A stretch of 64,000 bases of DNA from assembly GCA_963703285.1 (NCBI GenBank), contig OY969807.1:1984001-2048000 (forward strand). The letters run 5' to 3'. Both the position numbers and the translations under genes were made by a program. Source of the DNA: an uncultured Nitrososphaerota archaeon. GTDB lineage: Archaea; Thermoproteota; Nitrososphaeria; Nitrososphaerales; Gagatemarchaeaceae. Under the pieces are notes generated by a model. The model was not told where the DNA came from. It made no database searches and was given only the letters and a program-made list of their open reading frames with translations. Positions 32,009 to 43,088 of this stretch are shown one piece after another (positions within the stretch are counted from its first letter, which is position 1; the number at the start of each line of letters is the position of its first letter).

Positions 32009-32590
32009 TCAGAATCCGGCAAAGAGCTTGCGGCGGTAGTTGTAAAGCACCAGGAAGGGCCTGTCCTTCACATCCACTATGCTGAGCGAGGCGGGCTCTG
32101 GATGAAGCACGTAGTATCTCTCCTTGCCCACCCTCCTCTCGACGACGCGCTCGAGCATCGCGGTGATGACGTCGCCGTGGGAGACCATGACGACGTTTCC
32201 CTTCGCCTCCTTCCGGACGGTCTCGACCGCCCTCGCGGTGCGCTCCAGCAGCTCTTCGTTCGTCTCGGTGTAGTCTCCGGGGTCGCTCAGTATGTGGTGT
32301 CTCCCCTCCCTGCCGACGAACTGGGGCTTGATCTTGGCCTCGGTCAGCTCCTCCAGCGTCTTCACCTTCAGCTCGTGCGGGCGTGCCAGGATCTTTGCGG
32401 TCTCGACGGCTCGAAAGACGGGGCTGCTGTAGACCGCGTCGACCTTCACCTTCGAAAGCGTCTTGGCGATGAAGGCGACGTCCTTGACCCCCCTCTTCGT
32501 CAGCGGGTAGTCCAGCGGACCCGCCTCTATGCCCTTGACGTTGGCCTTGGTCTCCCCGTGCCTGACGATGAAGAGGTAGTCGACCGTCAT
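32009..32590 (-). CDS. Histidine phosphatase family protein
   Basis: VRHGET, SSPVFRAVETA, VSHGD. Confidence 0.9.
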   Translation of the reverse strand: MTVDYLFIVRHGETKANVKGIEAGPLDYPLTKRGVKDVAFIAKTLSKVKVDAVYSSPVFRAVETAKILARPHELKVKTLEELTEAKIKPQFVGREGRHHILSDPGDYTETNEELLERTARAVETVRKEAKGNVVMVSHGDVITAMLERVVERRVGKERYYVLHPEPASLSIVDVKDRPFLVLYNYRRKLFAGF

Positions 32591-32727
32591 GTCCTTGGCC
32601 TTCTGTTTTCGAGCCTGATTTAACCAAGCTCCCCAAGAAGCTTATGGTAAGGTCGTTAGGTCTGCGCCGGCACCCGCGCTCCCAAGAGCTTTATCTGAAC
32701 CCACTCGAAGCGTCCTGAGGAATCGGT

Positions 32728-34641
32728 ATGGCGGGTGGTGAGAGGAGGCTCGCGGCGATCATGTTCACCGACATCGTGGGATATACCCGCCTTTCACAGG
32801 CCGATGAGTCTCTTGCGCTGGAACTCCTGGAGGAGCACCGCGCTTTCCTCCGCCCGTCGTTCGTCGCCCACGGGGGGTCCGAGGTGAAGACGATCGGGGA
32901 CGCCTTCCTCGTGGAGTTCAAGAGCGCCCTCGACGCCGTTCTCTGCGCCGTCGAGATTCAGAAGAAGATGCGGGAGCGCGCAGAGGGAGCGGCTCCCTCT
33001 AGAAAACTGGAGCTGAGGATAGGGGTCCACGTCGGGGACGTGGTACACGGGCGGGACGACATATTTGGCGACGCTGTGAACGTCGCCTCGAGGATCGTCA
33101 GGCTCGCGGAGCCTGGCGTGACGTGCATCTCCCAGCAGGTCTTCGACCAAGTCAGGAACAAGACCGCACTCGACTTCGAAAGGATTGGAGACGTCGAGCT
33201 GAAGAACGTCAACCTTCCCGTCGGCGTCTACAGAATCAACCTGGAAGCGAGGGGGCAGCAGAAGGGCGAGCGCCCGGGACCAAGGAGAAGGCTGGCGGTC
33301 CTGCCCTTCGCCAACATCAGCCCCGACCCTAACGACGAGTACTTCGCCGACGGCCTCATGGAGGAGCTGATCTCGAAGCTCTCGGACGTCCGCGACCTGA
33401 AGGTAATCTCCAGGACCTCCGCGATGAGCTACAAGCGGAAGGAGAAGAAGGTCTCGGAGATAGCGAGGGAACTCGACGTCGGCTCGGTTATAGAGGGGAG
33501 CGTAAGGAAGGCGGGCAGCAGGATCAGGATCTCGGTCCAGCTGGTGGACGCCCGCACGGAGGAGCACCTCTGGTCGGCGAACTACGACAGCGAGCTGAAC
33601 GACATCTTCGCGATCCAGAGCGACGTCGCCTCCAAGGTGGCGAGCTCGCTCTCGTCGGGATTCTTCTCGGAGACGAAGAGGGAGGACACCAGCGACGTAG
33701 AGGCTTACACCCTCTACCTCAGGGCGATCCAGCTCCTCAACGAGGCCAACGAGGCGAGCCTTAGGGAGGCGGTCGTCTTGCTCAATCGGGCCATCTCGAA
33801 GGACCCTGCCTTCGCCCGTGCACACGCGGGTCTGGCCGATGCGTGGGGGGCCCTGGGCTCAATGGGCTACGAGGACTTCGCGACGGCCACCAGCCGGGCC
33901 GAGGCCTCGGCGCTGAAGGCTCTCGACCTCGGACCAGGTCTCGCGGAATCGCACTCCTCAATGGCATCCGCGAACTTCCTGCTCGACCGGTTCGACTCGG
34001 CACTGACCGAAGCCGAGGAAGCCATCCGTATCAACCCGAACCTCTCCGACGTGTACATCTCGCTCGGAATCCTGTACACGATTCTGCGCACCCCAGAGGA
34101 AGCGCTGTCACAGTTCAAGAGGGCCTACGAGCTCGATCCCCTGTCCGTCGTCACGGCGGATCTTCTCGCCGCCGCGGCCTATCTGGCCGGAGAAGGGGAC
34201 CTTGCGCTGGATGTCCTGGCGAGGACGAAGGAGTTCAACCCGAACCACTGGAGGGTCTACGTCTCGATGGCAGAGTACTACATGGACAGCCGAGACTTCG
34301 GTGAGGCCCAGAGGATGCTGGACACCGCTAGAAAGATGAGCCCGGCCGAACCCTCCATCAGGACCGTTCAGGGCGTGCTGTTCGCTCGCGCGGGGCGAAG
34401 GAAGGAGGCGGTGGACACGCTGAACGAGATACTCGCCGACAGCAAAGAGTCGGTCCGGCTCTTCGGGCGGCTCATGATAGGCACGGCGCTGGACGACCTC
34501 GACGAGGCTTTCACGGCCCTGATGCGGATGGCGGAGATACACTCGTGGCCCTTTCTCATCAGGGCCGACCCGTTCTTCGCAAAGCTGCGAACGGACCCGC
34601 GCTATCTGGAGTTCAGCACCAAGGTGGGGCTGCAGGCATAG
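32728..34641 (+). CDS. Class III adenylate/guanylate cyclase with TolB-like and TPR domains
   Basis: MFTDIVGYT, KTIGDAF, GDAVNVASR, LAVLPFANIS, TPR helices. Confidence 0.9.
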   Translation: MAGGERRLAAIMFTDIVGYTRLSQADESLALELLEEHRAFLRPSFVAHGGSEVKTIGDAFLVEFKSALDAVLCAVEIQKKMRERAEGAAPSRKLELRIGVHVGDVVHGRDDIFGDAVNVASRIVRLAEPGVTCISQQVFDQVRNKTALDFERIGDVELKNVNLPVGVYRINLEARGQQKGERPGPRRRLAVLPFANISPDPNDEYFADGLMEELISKLSDVRDLKVISRTSAMSYKRKEKKVSEIARELDVGSVIEGSVRKAGSRIRISVQLVDARTEEHLWSANYDSELNDIFAIQSDVASKVASSLSSGFFSETKREDTSDVEAYTLYLRAIQLLNEANEASLREAVVLLNRAISKDPAFARAHAGLADAWGALGSMGYEDFATATSRAEASALKALDLGPGLAESHSSMASANFLLDRFDSALTEAEEAIRINPNLSDVYISLGILYTILRTPEEALSQFKRAYELDPLSVVTADLLAAAAYLAGEGDLALDVLARTKEFNPNHWRVYVSMAEYYMDSRDFGEAQRMLDTARKMSPAEPSIRTVQGVLFARAGRRKEAVDTLNEILADSKESVRLFGRLMIGTALDDLDEAFTALMRMAEIHSWPFLIRADPFFAKLRTDPRYLEFSTKVGLQA

Positions 34642-34754
34642 AACGCGCCCGAGACCTTTCCAAGACGTCCGGGTCCAACAGGCCCTAGGGCTGCTTTTCT
34701 CCCAGGACAAGCGAAACGCTATTCTCCCCGTCGGAAGAGGCTGCCGGCTCAGAC

Positions 34755-35612
34755 ATGACCACCTCTGGCAGCAAGCTTTTCGTCGCGGGACGACTCACGA
34801 AGATAGCTCTCCCCACAGAGCTGCGGGGCCATCACGTGCGAGCCCTGTCCGGCGGACTCGTGCTGGACTCCTCTCTCACCGACGATTTCGGGAGATTCCT
34901 GCTCGAATGGCCGGACCGTGGCGCCGAAGGTAACACCTTCGTCGAGCTCCTAGGCCCCGAGGGTGCGGTCTCCGAATCAAGGGAACTGGCGAGGGCCGAC
35001 CTGGATTCGCCTCCGGTCGTAGCCTTCTCCGGGGAGGGTGTGGTGGGCTTCGAGGCCTCCCCCCAGGACGGCGACCGCAGGGACAGGTTCGTGGCGGAGG
35101 GCTGCTATCCGGTCTATGTGGCCCCGTCCTGCCTGGGGGTGACGCTCTCTTGGACCGGCCCCGAGGGCTCCCGCGTCTCGATCCTAAGCGGCGGAGAGGC
35201 CCTCCAAAGCGGGTTGCCTCACGTGGGGTCGCTGAAGGTCACGGACGCCCAGAGCAGCTCGTACACAAGGCGAACGTGGCTCGCCGGAGCGGGGCCCGAC
35301 CAGTTTTCGGACCTGACCGTCGAGGTCCGACGGTATCCGTCCCTCTCGCTCGTCATCTGGGGATTGGCGCTGTGGCCTCCGGGTCAGGGTGACTTCGGCG
35401 CATCGATAAGCTGTCCCGCCGGAGAGGAGGGATTGGCCGTGACGGTGAGGAGCTCAGACCTGGAGATTGTGCCCGATTTCGAGATCAGAATCTCCCCGGG
35501 GACGACCTGGGCCACGACCCGCGTGCCGATGGGCTCCAAGAAGGGGGTCGCGAAAATCACGGCCTCGGCTCGCGGATTCGCACGAGACGCCGTCACCTTC
35601 TCGGTGAAGTAG
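34755..35612 (+). CDS. Hypothetical protein
   Basis: 285-aa ORF, beta-rich; no recognised motif. Confidence 0.5.
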   Translation: MTTSGSKLFVAGRLTKIALPTELRGHHVRALSGGLVLDSSLTDDFGRFLLEWPDRGAEGNTFVELLGPEGAVSESRELARADLDSPPVVAFSGEGVVGFEASPQDGDRRDRFVAEGCYPVYVAPSCLGVTLSWTGPEGSRVSILSGGEALQSGLPHVGSLKVTDAQSSSYTRRTWLAGAGPDQFSDLTVEVRRYPSLSLVIWGLALWPPGQGDFGASISCPAGEEGLAVTVRSSDLEIVPDFEIRISPGTTWATTRVPMGSKKGVAKITASARGFARDAVTFSVK

Positions 35613-35815
35613 TCTTGGTGCTACCCTGTCCCATGAGATTGGACAACCGGTCAGCTGTCTCAGTTGTGCAGAAAAACGAGACCTTCGGTGAAGAGAGCCT
35701 AGGACGAGCCGGCGGCTCGGGCGAGACGAGCATCAAGACCGGGACTCTAGAGTAAGGAATCGGCTCTGCGAATCACGTCGAAGTCTTAAATCCGGTTGAA
35801 TCACAACGTGAGCTC

Positions 35816-36409
35816 ATGTCGGAGGACAGGTTCTGCAGAGAATGCGGCGCAGAACTGCCTCCCGGGAGCGCCTTCTGCCCGAAGTGCGGCGTTCCTGTTG
35901 GGCAGGCCCCAGCCACCTCCAGCGGCGCACTGAGCGGCATCGACGCGTTGATCAAGGACCCCGCCGCCCAGAACTACTGGCTCAAGCGCTTCCTCGCCAT
36001 CCTCGTCGACGTGATCATCGTTTTCGTGATCCTCGTGGTGATTGCCGCGGCCGTCGCGATACCTGGTTTCGTACTGTCGGGGACAGCGGGAGTGACTTTC
36101 CTGTTTGCTGGGGTCTTCGCGATTGCAGCGGGGCTCATCATCTTCCTCTACTTCATAGTGGCTGAGGTGACGCGGGGAGCGACAGTTGGGAAGAGTGCCT
36201 TCAACCTGAAGGTCGTCGGGCCCAACGGAGGAAACCCTACCTTTATCCAGTCTCTGGTAAGGAACATCAGCAAGATCTACTGGATTCTGCTTCTTCTTGA
36301 CGTCGTTGTTGGCCTGGCCACTTCGAAGCAGTACACCCAGAAGTTCAGCGACAGGCTCGTCGGCACTTCGGTCGTCGAATCAAGGCCCCGGCATTTGATT
36401 GACAGATAG
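35816..36409 (+). CDS. Zinc-ribbon plus RDD family membrane protein
   Basis: FCRECG..FCPKCG, KRFLAILVD, GATVGK, RN. Confidence 0.85.
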   Translation: MSEDRFCRECGAELPPGSAFCPKCGVPVGQAPATSSGALSGIDALIKDPAAQNYWLKRFLAILVDVIIVFVILVVIAAAVAIPGFVLSGTAGVTFLFAGVFAIAAGLIIFLYFIVAEVTRGATVGKSAFNLKVVGPNGGNPTFIQSLVRNISKIYWILLLLDVVVGLATSKQYTQKFSDRLVGTSVVESRPRHLIDR

Positions 36410-36471
36410 CTTCGGTCTGGCGTTCCTGCCACCAACGGTGGGTCACGCAGGACTCGAGCGCCGCCCGACGC

Positions 36472-36508
36472 TTACTCCTCGTCGAGGAACTCGGCGGGGT
36501 TCGGCGGC
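36472..36508 (-). repeat. fusA 3'-end copy 6 (PPNPAEFLDEE*, TAA)
   Basis: ttactcctcgtcgaggaactcggcggggttcggcggc matches the fusA end at 52818. Confidence 0.85.
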
Positions 36509-36570
36509 CCATCGGGGCGAACGCTCCTCAAAAGGTTGAATTAGGCAGCGGCCCTCGAGCCTTCCAGACC

Positions 36571-36948
36571 TTGCCAGAGGACGCGCCAAGCACGAACCCG
36601 GGAGCGGTGAGCGACCACCTGGCCAACGAGCGGACGTACCTCGCTTGGGTCCGGACGGGCATCGCGGTCATCGCCCTCGGATTCGTCGTGGCGAAGTTCG
36701 GGTTGCTGGTAAAGGAGCTCGCCCCGTCGGCTCCCTCGACCTCCTACGGGTTCTCGTCGGACATCGGGATAGCGCTGGTCATCGTCGGCGGGCTGATGCA
36801 GCTGCTCGCCCTGAGCCAGTTCGTCCTCAACCAGCGCAGGATTAGGGGTGGCAGGTACGAGCCGAGCAGAGGGATTGAGGTCCTCATCTCCGTCCTGGTC
36901 TTCGCGGTGGCGCTCCTGCTGGTGGTCTACCTCGCGGTCACGACGTGA
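36571..36948 (+). CDS. DUF202/YidH family membrane protein
   Basis: DHLANERTYLAWVRT. Confidence 0.9.
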   Translation: MPEDAPSTNPGAVSDHLANERTYLAWVRTGIAVIALGFVVAKFGLLVKELAPSAPSTSYGFSSDIGIALVIVGGLMQLLALSQFVLNQRRIRGGRYEPSRGIEVLISVLVFAVALLLVVYLAVTT

Positions 36949-37048
36949 GGGTGCGGTCGGGCCGCCTGACGCCCCTCGCCGGCAGTGGACGAAGTCGGCG
37001 CCCGGGCTACACCGCCCTTGCGTCCCTCCATCTTGAGCTGCCTGCTCC

Positions 37049-37234
37049 TTGTCGACGAACCCTCGAGTTCAGGGTCAGGGCCGACGCCGGAAAATCGGGG
37101 TACGCATCGGCGGCGCCGCTCCGTCTGCGTACTACCCCTTCGGGGGCAGGAAGGATTCGTTCTACGCGGTCCTGCACGCCCAGATCGACACGGTCGACTT
37201 CTTCACCGACAAGAAGATAGCGATATCGAAGTGA
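37049..37234 (+). pseudogene. C-terminal remnant of a (methyl)malonate-semialdehyde dehydrogenase-type aldehyde dehydrogenase
   Basis: AYYPFGGRKDSF...HAQ..VDFFTDKK resembles the MmsA/IolA C-terminus; rest of the gene absent. Confidence 0.6.
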
Positions 37235-37380
37235 GAGTTCCGGACGGCTGTCAGGCACTAAGGGTCTCTTCTTCGGGGGGCTCTCAGAGCTAAAAGGCGC
37301 GGACGGCTGACGCCTCGGGTGGAAGGTGACACGAACTGCCCCTAGGTCGGGGCGTAGTTCTCATACTTGGGTCGCGGGTC

Positions 37381-38586
37381 GTGAGAACCTTCCCGCTCGG
37401 AATCTTGGGCGTCCTACTCCCAGTCTACCTCTCGGCGATCGGGTCGTCGGTCTTCGTGGGCCTCTTCTTCTCCCTTTCCGCTCTATCTAGCTTCCTGGTC
37501 CTACTGCTGCTCGGACTGCGGGGCCAAAGAATCCGGGTACGCAACGCCCTGGTCGCCCAAATCTTGCTCTTCTCGGCATGTCTCACGGTGATGACATTCT
37601 CCCCGATAGCCGCGCTCTTCCTAGTTGCGGCCGCTATCTCGATCACGAACTGGGCCCCCGGTGGGGGCAGCGGCACCGCAGGCGGCGCCTACAACACCTC
37701 CGTCAACATACTACTCAGCGAAAACTCCGAGCCGAGTGGCAGGACCTTGGCGCTCAGCCTCTCGTCGGTAATCGGGGCGCTTTCGTTCGCGGCGGGGGCA
37801 TATTTCCTAAGCACCCTTAACATCCCCCGCTCCGAACTCGTGATCTCCCCTCTCACGAACGGTTCTCTCAATCTTGCGAAGCCCTCGACAGTATTTGCTA
37901 TCTCGGCGATCACCCAGCTCCTGGCTGCCGTCCTCTTGCTTAGGGTCAAGAACAAGAGCTCGGTGATCTCGGACAACGCGGCACCGCGGGGCGGACCCAG
38001 CGGCGGCCCCCAGGACCGGAGTACCGCGGTCGCGGTCTTCAGGCAGGCCTTCTCGTTGATTGCCGCCGAGTTCTCAAACGGTCTGGGGAACGGCATCTTC
38101 ACCCAACTCGTGCCCCTTTGGCTCTACGTGCGCTTCGGCATAAGCCTCGGGGAGGTGGCCGAGATCTTCTCCGTCGTCGGGGTGCTCACTGCGTTCATCG
38201 TGCTAGCATCTCCCCGGTTGGAATCGAGGATTGGGTCGATAAACGCCATATTCGCCGCCCGGTCCCTGTCGGGCGCCCTCCTGGTCGTGACTGCTCTCGC
38301 GCCGAGCTTGGTCGTCGCGTTGATTCCCTACTTCGCGTCGCTGGTCTTCTCCCGGGTCTCGCTCCCGATTCAACAGTCGTTCGTCTTCGCAAAGGTGAGT
38401 CGGGGCGAGTGGACGAGGGGAGCCAGCATGATCGCCACGGCAAACGTGGCGGGGACGGTGATAGGGCCGACGCTGGGCGCCTTTCTTCTTCTCAACGTCA
38501 ATCCTGGCCTGCCCTTCTTCATCGCGGCGCCCTTCATCCTCCTCAGCGCTTGGATATACCGAAGGTTCCTCCACCAGAGCCACTGA
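37381..38586 (+). CDS. MFS transporter
   Basis: About 12 TM helices; start may be slightly upstream. Confidence 0.75.
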   Translation: MRTFPLGILGVLLPVYLSAIGSSVFVGLFFSLSALSSFLVLLLLGLRGQRIRVRNALVAQILLFSACLTVMTFSPIAALFLVAAAISITNWAPGGGSGTAGGAYNTSVNILLSENSEPSGRTLALSLSSVIGALSFAAGAYFLSTLNIPRSELVISPLTNGSLNLAKPSTVFAISAITQLLAAVLLLRVKNKSSVISDNAAPRGGPSGGPQDRSTAVAVFRQAFSLIAAEFSNGLGNGIFTQLVPLWLYVRFGISLGEVAEIFSVVGVLTAFIVLASPRLESRIGSINAIFAARSLSGALLVVTALAPSLVVALIPYFASLVFSRVSLPIQQSFVFAKVSRGEWTRGASMIATANVAGTVIGPTLGAFLLLNVNPGLPFFIAAPFILLSAWIYRRFLHQSH

Positions 38587-38663
38587 GACGCGCCGCGCCG
38601 TCGCGGCCGCTGCGTGGTCGTGGGCACAATCCCTATTATCAGAGGCCCTTCGAAGTCTGGGCC

Positions 38664-40061
38664 ATGCCCAAGCGCTCGAACTACCCGCCAGCAAGGTACC
38701 CCAACTTCAGGCCGGTATCGAGAGCGGTGCTCAGGCGCAGGATAGGGTCGATAGTTGCGCGGCCACCCTCCGAGGACCTCGAGAACCAGCCACACATGCC
38801 CCGCTACGGCATAAAGAAGGGTGACCGTGTTCTGGTGATAGCTCTGACTGAGTTCGACCCCCTCGTCGTCGAGGAGTACGTGGAAGCGATGAGGGCGTCC
38901 GGCGGGAAGGTCGACCTCCTTACGATCGACTCGAAGCCGACGGTGCCGCCTGAAGACGCAGCGGTGCAGGAGGCAGAGAGCATAGAGCCCAGCGGAGACA
39001 AAGACGTCGTCTACACAAGAATGACCAACCTATTGAACCCCAACTCTCTGTCAGGCCTGGTCCGGGCCGAAGGCTACGACCTGGTCGTGAGCGGCACCGC
39101 TGGGCCCCTCCCCAGAGTTCCATACAGATGGGTGAGGATGGAGTACATCAGCCGGGAGGAGTTCTCGAGCCCCCAGATAGACTTCCCCTTCGAGCTTCAG
39201 TCACTGATAGACCGGAAGGTGTTCGAGGCAATTCGCAGTTGCGAGAGGGTAAGGATCACCGACCCCGAGGGAACGGACGTATCTTTCACGAACTACGATG
39301 ACAAGCGACCCTTGGCCATGGCACACGAGTACGGCAAGCCCATCAACTTCGGATATGGCGGCATCGAGGACTGCACCGGAGTGATTGCAGGCACGCTGAA
39401 CCACCTGGGCGCTTTCCCCAACTGCAGGGCTCACGTCAAAGACGGCCTGATAGTGAAGGTGGAGGGAGGGGGAAAGTACGGAGACGTGTGGAGGGAGAAG
39501 CTGGAGAAGTACCGGGACGTCGTATTCCCGGAATATCCGATGCGAACCGCGATGAAGCTCCCCGAAGATGGCGCCCCGAAGATCCGAACCCAGAGACCAG
39601 GCTTCTTCTGGTACTGGGAATGCGCCATCGGAACGATCCCCGGAGTATTCAGGCTCAGAGACGAGGGCGCGATGACCCACTTTGCGAACTTCCTGCACGA
39701 CAGGAAGCGCGCGGGCTACCTTCACCACGGCTTCGGGGGTTCCAACAACTCCGCCCCGTTGCTGATCAAGGCCGGTCTTCCGTGGACTCACGTCCACCTA
39801 CACAACATGTTTGCCACCTACGAAGGGCGAACCAAGAACGGCGAAAGCGTGAAGGTGATCGATAGGGGTCACCTGACCGCCCTGGAAAACGCGGACGTTC
39901 GTGCCCTTGCCGCCAGGCTAGGAGTCTCCAACATGCTGAGCGAGGTCTGGATACCCGCCGTCCCGGGAATCAACGTTGCCGGAGATTACGACGACTACTC
40001 GGCAAACCCATCCGAGTGGATAAGGTCAGAGGCGAAGAAGCACCCTACTCTCTCCGCGTAA
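38664..40061 (+). CDS. Putative metalloenzyme (aminopeptidase M29/NicX-like fold)
   Basis: VRITDPEGTD.SF, VEGGG, E.AIGT, LHHGFG and HVHLH metal-site-like motifs. Confidence 0.5.
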   Translation: MPKRSNYPPARYPNFRPVSRAVLRRRIGSIVARPPSEDLENQPHMPRYGIKKGDRVLVIALTEFDPLVVEEYVEAMRASGGKVDLLTIDSKPTVPPEDAAVQEAESIEPSGDKDVVYTRMTNLLNPNSLSGLVRAEGYDLVVSGTAGPLPRVPYRWVRMEYISREEFSSPQIDFPFELQSLIDRKVFEAIRSCERVRITDPEGTDVSFTNYDDKRPLAMAHEYGKPINFGYGGIEDCTGVIAGTLNHLGAFPNCRAHVKDGLIVKVEGGGKYGDVWREKLEKYRDVVFPEYPMRTAMKLPEDGAPKIRTQRPGFFWYWECAIGTIPGVFRLRDEGAMTHFANFLHDRKRAGYLHHGFGGSNNSAPLLIKAGLPWTHVHLHNMFATYEGRTKNGESVKVIDRGHLTALENADVRALAARLGVSNMLSEVWIPAVPGINVAGDYDDYSANPSEWIRSEAKKHPTLSA

Positions 40062-40161
40062 TCACAGCGTTCTCGGCCCAGGCGGCATCCCCGGAGAAAC
40101 GAGGAGGGGATTCAGGAGCGTCCTGGAACGTTTATTTAGCAAATTCGGCCGCGATTTCCCC

Positions 40162-40566
40162 GTGGATAAGAAGAGAATAACTGTCGACTCTGTTCCGGAG
40201 GCGGGGAAGAGAGACGCCTCGGGGACCCTTACCCCTGCGCCCGTCTCTAACGCGATAAGGTACGGAGATCTGGTGTTCACAACCGCGAAGCCTGGGCGCG
40301 ACCCCTCGGGAAGGCTGGCCGAGGGCATCGAGGGCCAGACAAGACAGGCCCTGGAGAACATCAAGGCGCTCCTGACGGCTGCGGGCACCGACATGGAACA
40401 CGTGCTCAAGACGTGGGTCTACGTGACGGACATAGGGTATTTTGAAGGAATGAACAGGGTGTATTCCACCTACTTCAAGGTCCCGCCGGCGCGCACCTTC
40501 CTGGTGACCACAGGGTGGTTCGATCCGGAGCAGCTCATAGAGATTGAGGTCATAGCGGGCATCTAG
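40162..40566 (+). CDS. RidA/YjgF family protein
   Basis: QTRQALENIKALL, MNRVY..YF..PPART, IEIEVIA. Confidence 0.9.
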   Translation: MDKKRITVDSVPEAGKRDASGTLTPAPVSNAIRYGDLVFTTAKPGRDPSGRLAEGIEGQTRQALENIKALLTAAGTDMEHVLKTWVYVTDIGYFEGMNRVYSTYFKVPPARTFLVTTGWFDPEQLIEIEVIAGI

Positions 40567-40569
40567 TCC

Positions 40570-41562
40570 TTGAAAACCTCGTTCGGCGTCAGAGTCCCAG
40601 TTTCCGGCCCATTCGCTGACTTGCAGAACATCAGGCGGGCCGCCCTGGAGTCCGAAGCTCTCGGGTTCGACGCTCTCTGGGTCCACGACCAGATTGTCTG
40701 GAGCAAGGAACAGAACTCCCACCACGTGTCGTCGGGGTCGGTGGAGGCCGTCACAGACAGAGACCCCAACTTCTTCGAGTCGATAACGACGCTCAGCTAT
40801 CTCGCCGGATTGACAAACAAGATCAGGCTGGGAGTGGCCGTCATCGTCCTTCCATACCGCAACCCTCTGGTCCTGGCGAAACAACTCATGAACCTCGACG
40901 TAATTTCGAACGGCCGGCTGATACTCGGCGTCGGAGCGGGAGCCCCTTTGGTGGCCAAGACCTTCGAGGCCGTGGGCGTGTCCTTCGAAAAGAGAGGAGA
41001 AATCACCGACGATTACCTGAAGGCGCTGCTTTCGGTGTTCGAGCGCCAGCCCCATTCGAGCTACTCCGGAAAGCACGCCAGCTTCGCAGGAATCGAGGTC
41101 TTCCCGAAACCGGTTCAGGCACCCCACCCTCCCATCATCGTCGGCGGACTTGGGAGAGCCCTTAGAAGAGCAGCGATGCTGGGAGACGGATGGATTCCCG
41201 CCAACATAACTCCCGATAACGTGAAGAAGGGAATAGCACGGATAGATTCGATCGCGAGGAAGAACGGAAGGCGGCTACCCGAGTTCATCGTCGGGAACGA
41301 GACGTTCGTCAGCCTGGACCGGGACTCGAACGCGGCGCGCAGAAACGCGGCGGCAACAGTCGCCAGTTACGCGAAGTCGATAGGCCGGGGGGGCGAAGAC
41401 GTCACCCTGATCGGATCGCCTTCGGAGGTTGTCGAGAGGGTGGAAGCCTACCGCCAGTCGGGGGTGAACATGTTCGAACTGAAGTTCATCTACAGGGACA
41501 TGGAGAGCCTGAGCTCGCAGTTGAAGCTGTTCGCGTCAGACGTGGCGCCCTCCTTCCTTTAG
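40570..41562 (+). CDS. LLM-class (probably F420-dependent) oxidoreductase
   Basis: GFDALWVHD, IRLGVAV..PYRNP, GRLILGVGAG, PKPVQ.PHPPI. Confidence 0.9.
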   Translation: MKTSFGVRVPVSGPFADLQNIRRAALESEALGFDALWVHDQIVWSKEQNSHHVSSGSVEAVTDRDPNFFESITTLSYLAGLTNKIRLGVAVIVLPYRNPLVLAKQLMNLDVISNGRLILGVGAGAPLVAKTFEAVGVSFEKRGEITDDYLKALLSVFERQPHSSYSGKHASFAGIEVFPKPVQAPHPPIIVGGLGRALRRAAMLGDGWIPANITPDNVKKGIARIDSIARKNGRRLPEFIVGNETFVSLDRDSNAARRNAAATVASYAKSIGRGGEDVTLIGSPSEVVERVEAYRQSGVNMFELKFIYRDMESLSSQLKLFASDVAPSFL

Positions 41563-41701
41563 CGCTTCGTGACGCGGGGCGTCACGGCCAGTCGGGAGTC
41601 CTCGACGCGCTCCAGACAAGCTCGAATGATTTCCGGTCGGCGGATCCGCAACTCGTTGCAAACCGTTTAATATTCAGCCTCCCCCCCGAAGGAGACGTAC
41701 C

Positions 41702-43088
41702 TTGGTTTCACACGACCTCGCGATTGAAGGTGCACAGGTGTTCATCGACGGCGACCTGACGGAAGCCAACCTAGGAATCAGCGACGGAGTCATCTCGGCC
41801 GTGACGAAGGACACGCTCCAGGCTTCGGAGAGGCTCAGGTTCCCCGGCAAGATTGTCATCCCGGGCATCGTCGACCTGCACTCACACATAAGAGACCCTG
41901 GCTACACCTACAAGGAGGACTTTCAGACCGGGTCCATGGCCGCCGCCGCAGGAGGGGTCACGATGTTCGTGGACATGCCAAACGTCGAACCTCCAACGGA
42001 CAGCCTGAAGACCTTCGAGGAGAAGAAGAAGATCGCGTCGAAGAAGTCGATGGTCGACTTCAACCACTTCGTCTTCCCGAAGATCCCCGAGGTCGGCAGG
42101 GTCGCCCGGGCCGGAGCCGCGGGTTTCAAGATATTCATGGTCCGTGGCGCCTATCCCCACGACCCACGGATCTGCATTGAGGACCATGCCACCCTCTACA
42201 AGACGTTCGCTGCGATCAAGAAGACAGGGCTTCCCTGTCTGGTCCACCCCTCGAACATGTCCCTCTTCGAGGCCTTCTACGGGGAGCATCGAAAGAAGAA
42301 TCCAAAGGAGAAGCCGTACATCAGCTTCGGGAAGGCGTACATCGAAGAGGAGATTCTACGGAACCTCCGCTTCGGTGCTCGCAATTCTGGCGAAGCGGAC
42401 CGGAGTAAGGCTCCACCTCGTCCACACCCATTCTGAGCAGGCCATCGAGGTCCTCAGGCAGGCGAAGGCAGCGGGGTACGACATCACGGCCCAGACGGAC
42501 CCGAAGTACTTTGTCACGACCGCGGAGGAACTCCGACGCCTCGGGCCCCTGGTCCTTCCAGGAGGGCTTCTCTCGAAGCGCAGGGTCGCGGCGGTCTGGA
42601 ACGCGCTCAGAACAGGGACCATAGACGTGCTTGGCACCGATCACGCTCCTCACACCAAGAAAGAAGTCGAGGAGACCATGGCAAAAGATCCCTGGGCCGC
42701 TCCCTTCGGCTGCCCTCAGCTCGAGCACTACCTCTCGGTCTTTCTCAATGAAGTGAACAAGGGAACCATCTCTCTGTCTCAGCTTATGAGAGTGGCCTCG
42801 ACGAACCCTGCCAGGATAATCAACGTGTTCCCGAAGAAGGGGACGATTAGGGTGGGCTCGGATGCGGACCTGGTCGTGGTGGACATGAAGAAGGAGAAGA
42901 AACTGACCGGCGAGAAGGTCTACACCAAGGTCGGCTGGACCCCCTATGAAGGGAGGACTGTGAAGGGAGTGCCCATAATGACCATCAGGCGCGGCGAGGT
43001 GATCATGAGGGACGGGGTAGTCGTCGGCAAGCCTGGCTCTGGCAAGTTCGTCGCCCCACTGAGGACTCCGATGGTCAAGCGCCGCTAA
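41702..43088 (+). pseudogene. Dihydroorotase/allantoinase-family amidohydrolase with one frameshift near 42350
   Basis: PGIVDLHSH, GGVT..DMPN in the first frame; GTDHAPH, NPAR, KG.I.VGSDAD in the second frame. Confidence 0.8.

Noticed and set aside
35711-35723. GGCGGCTCGGGC as a seventh fusA tail (PEPP codons)
   Set aside because: Only about 12 bp in GC-rich DNA, with no EFIDKE-stop part; chance cannot be excluded
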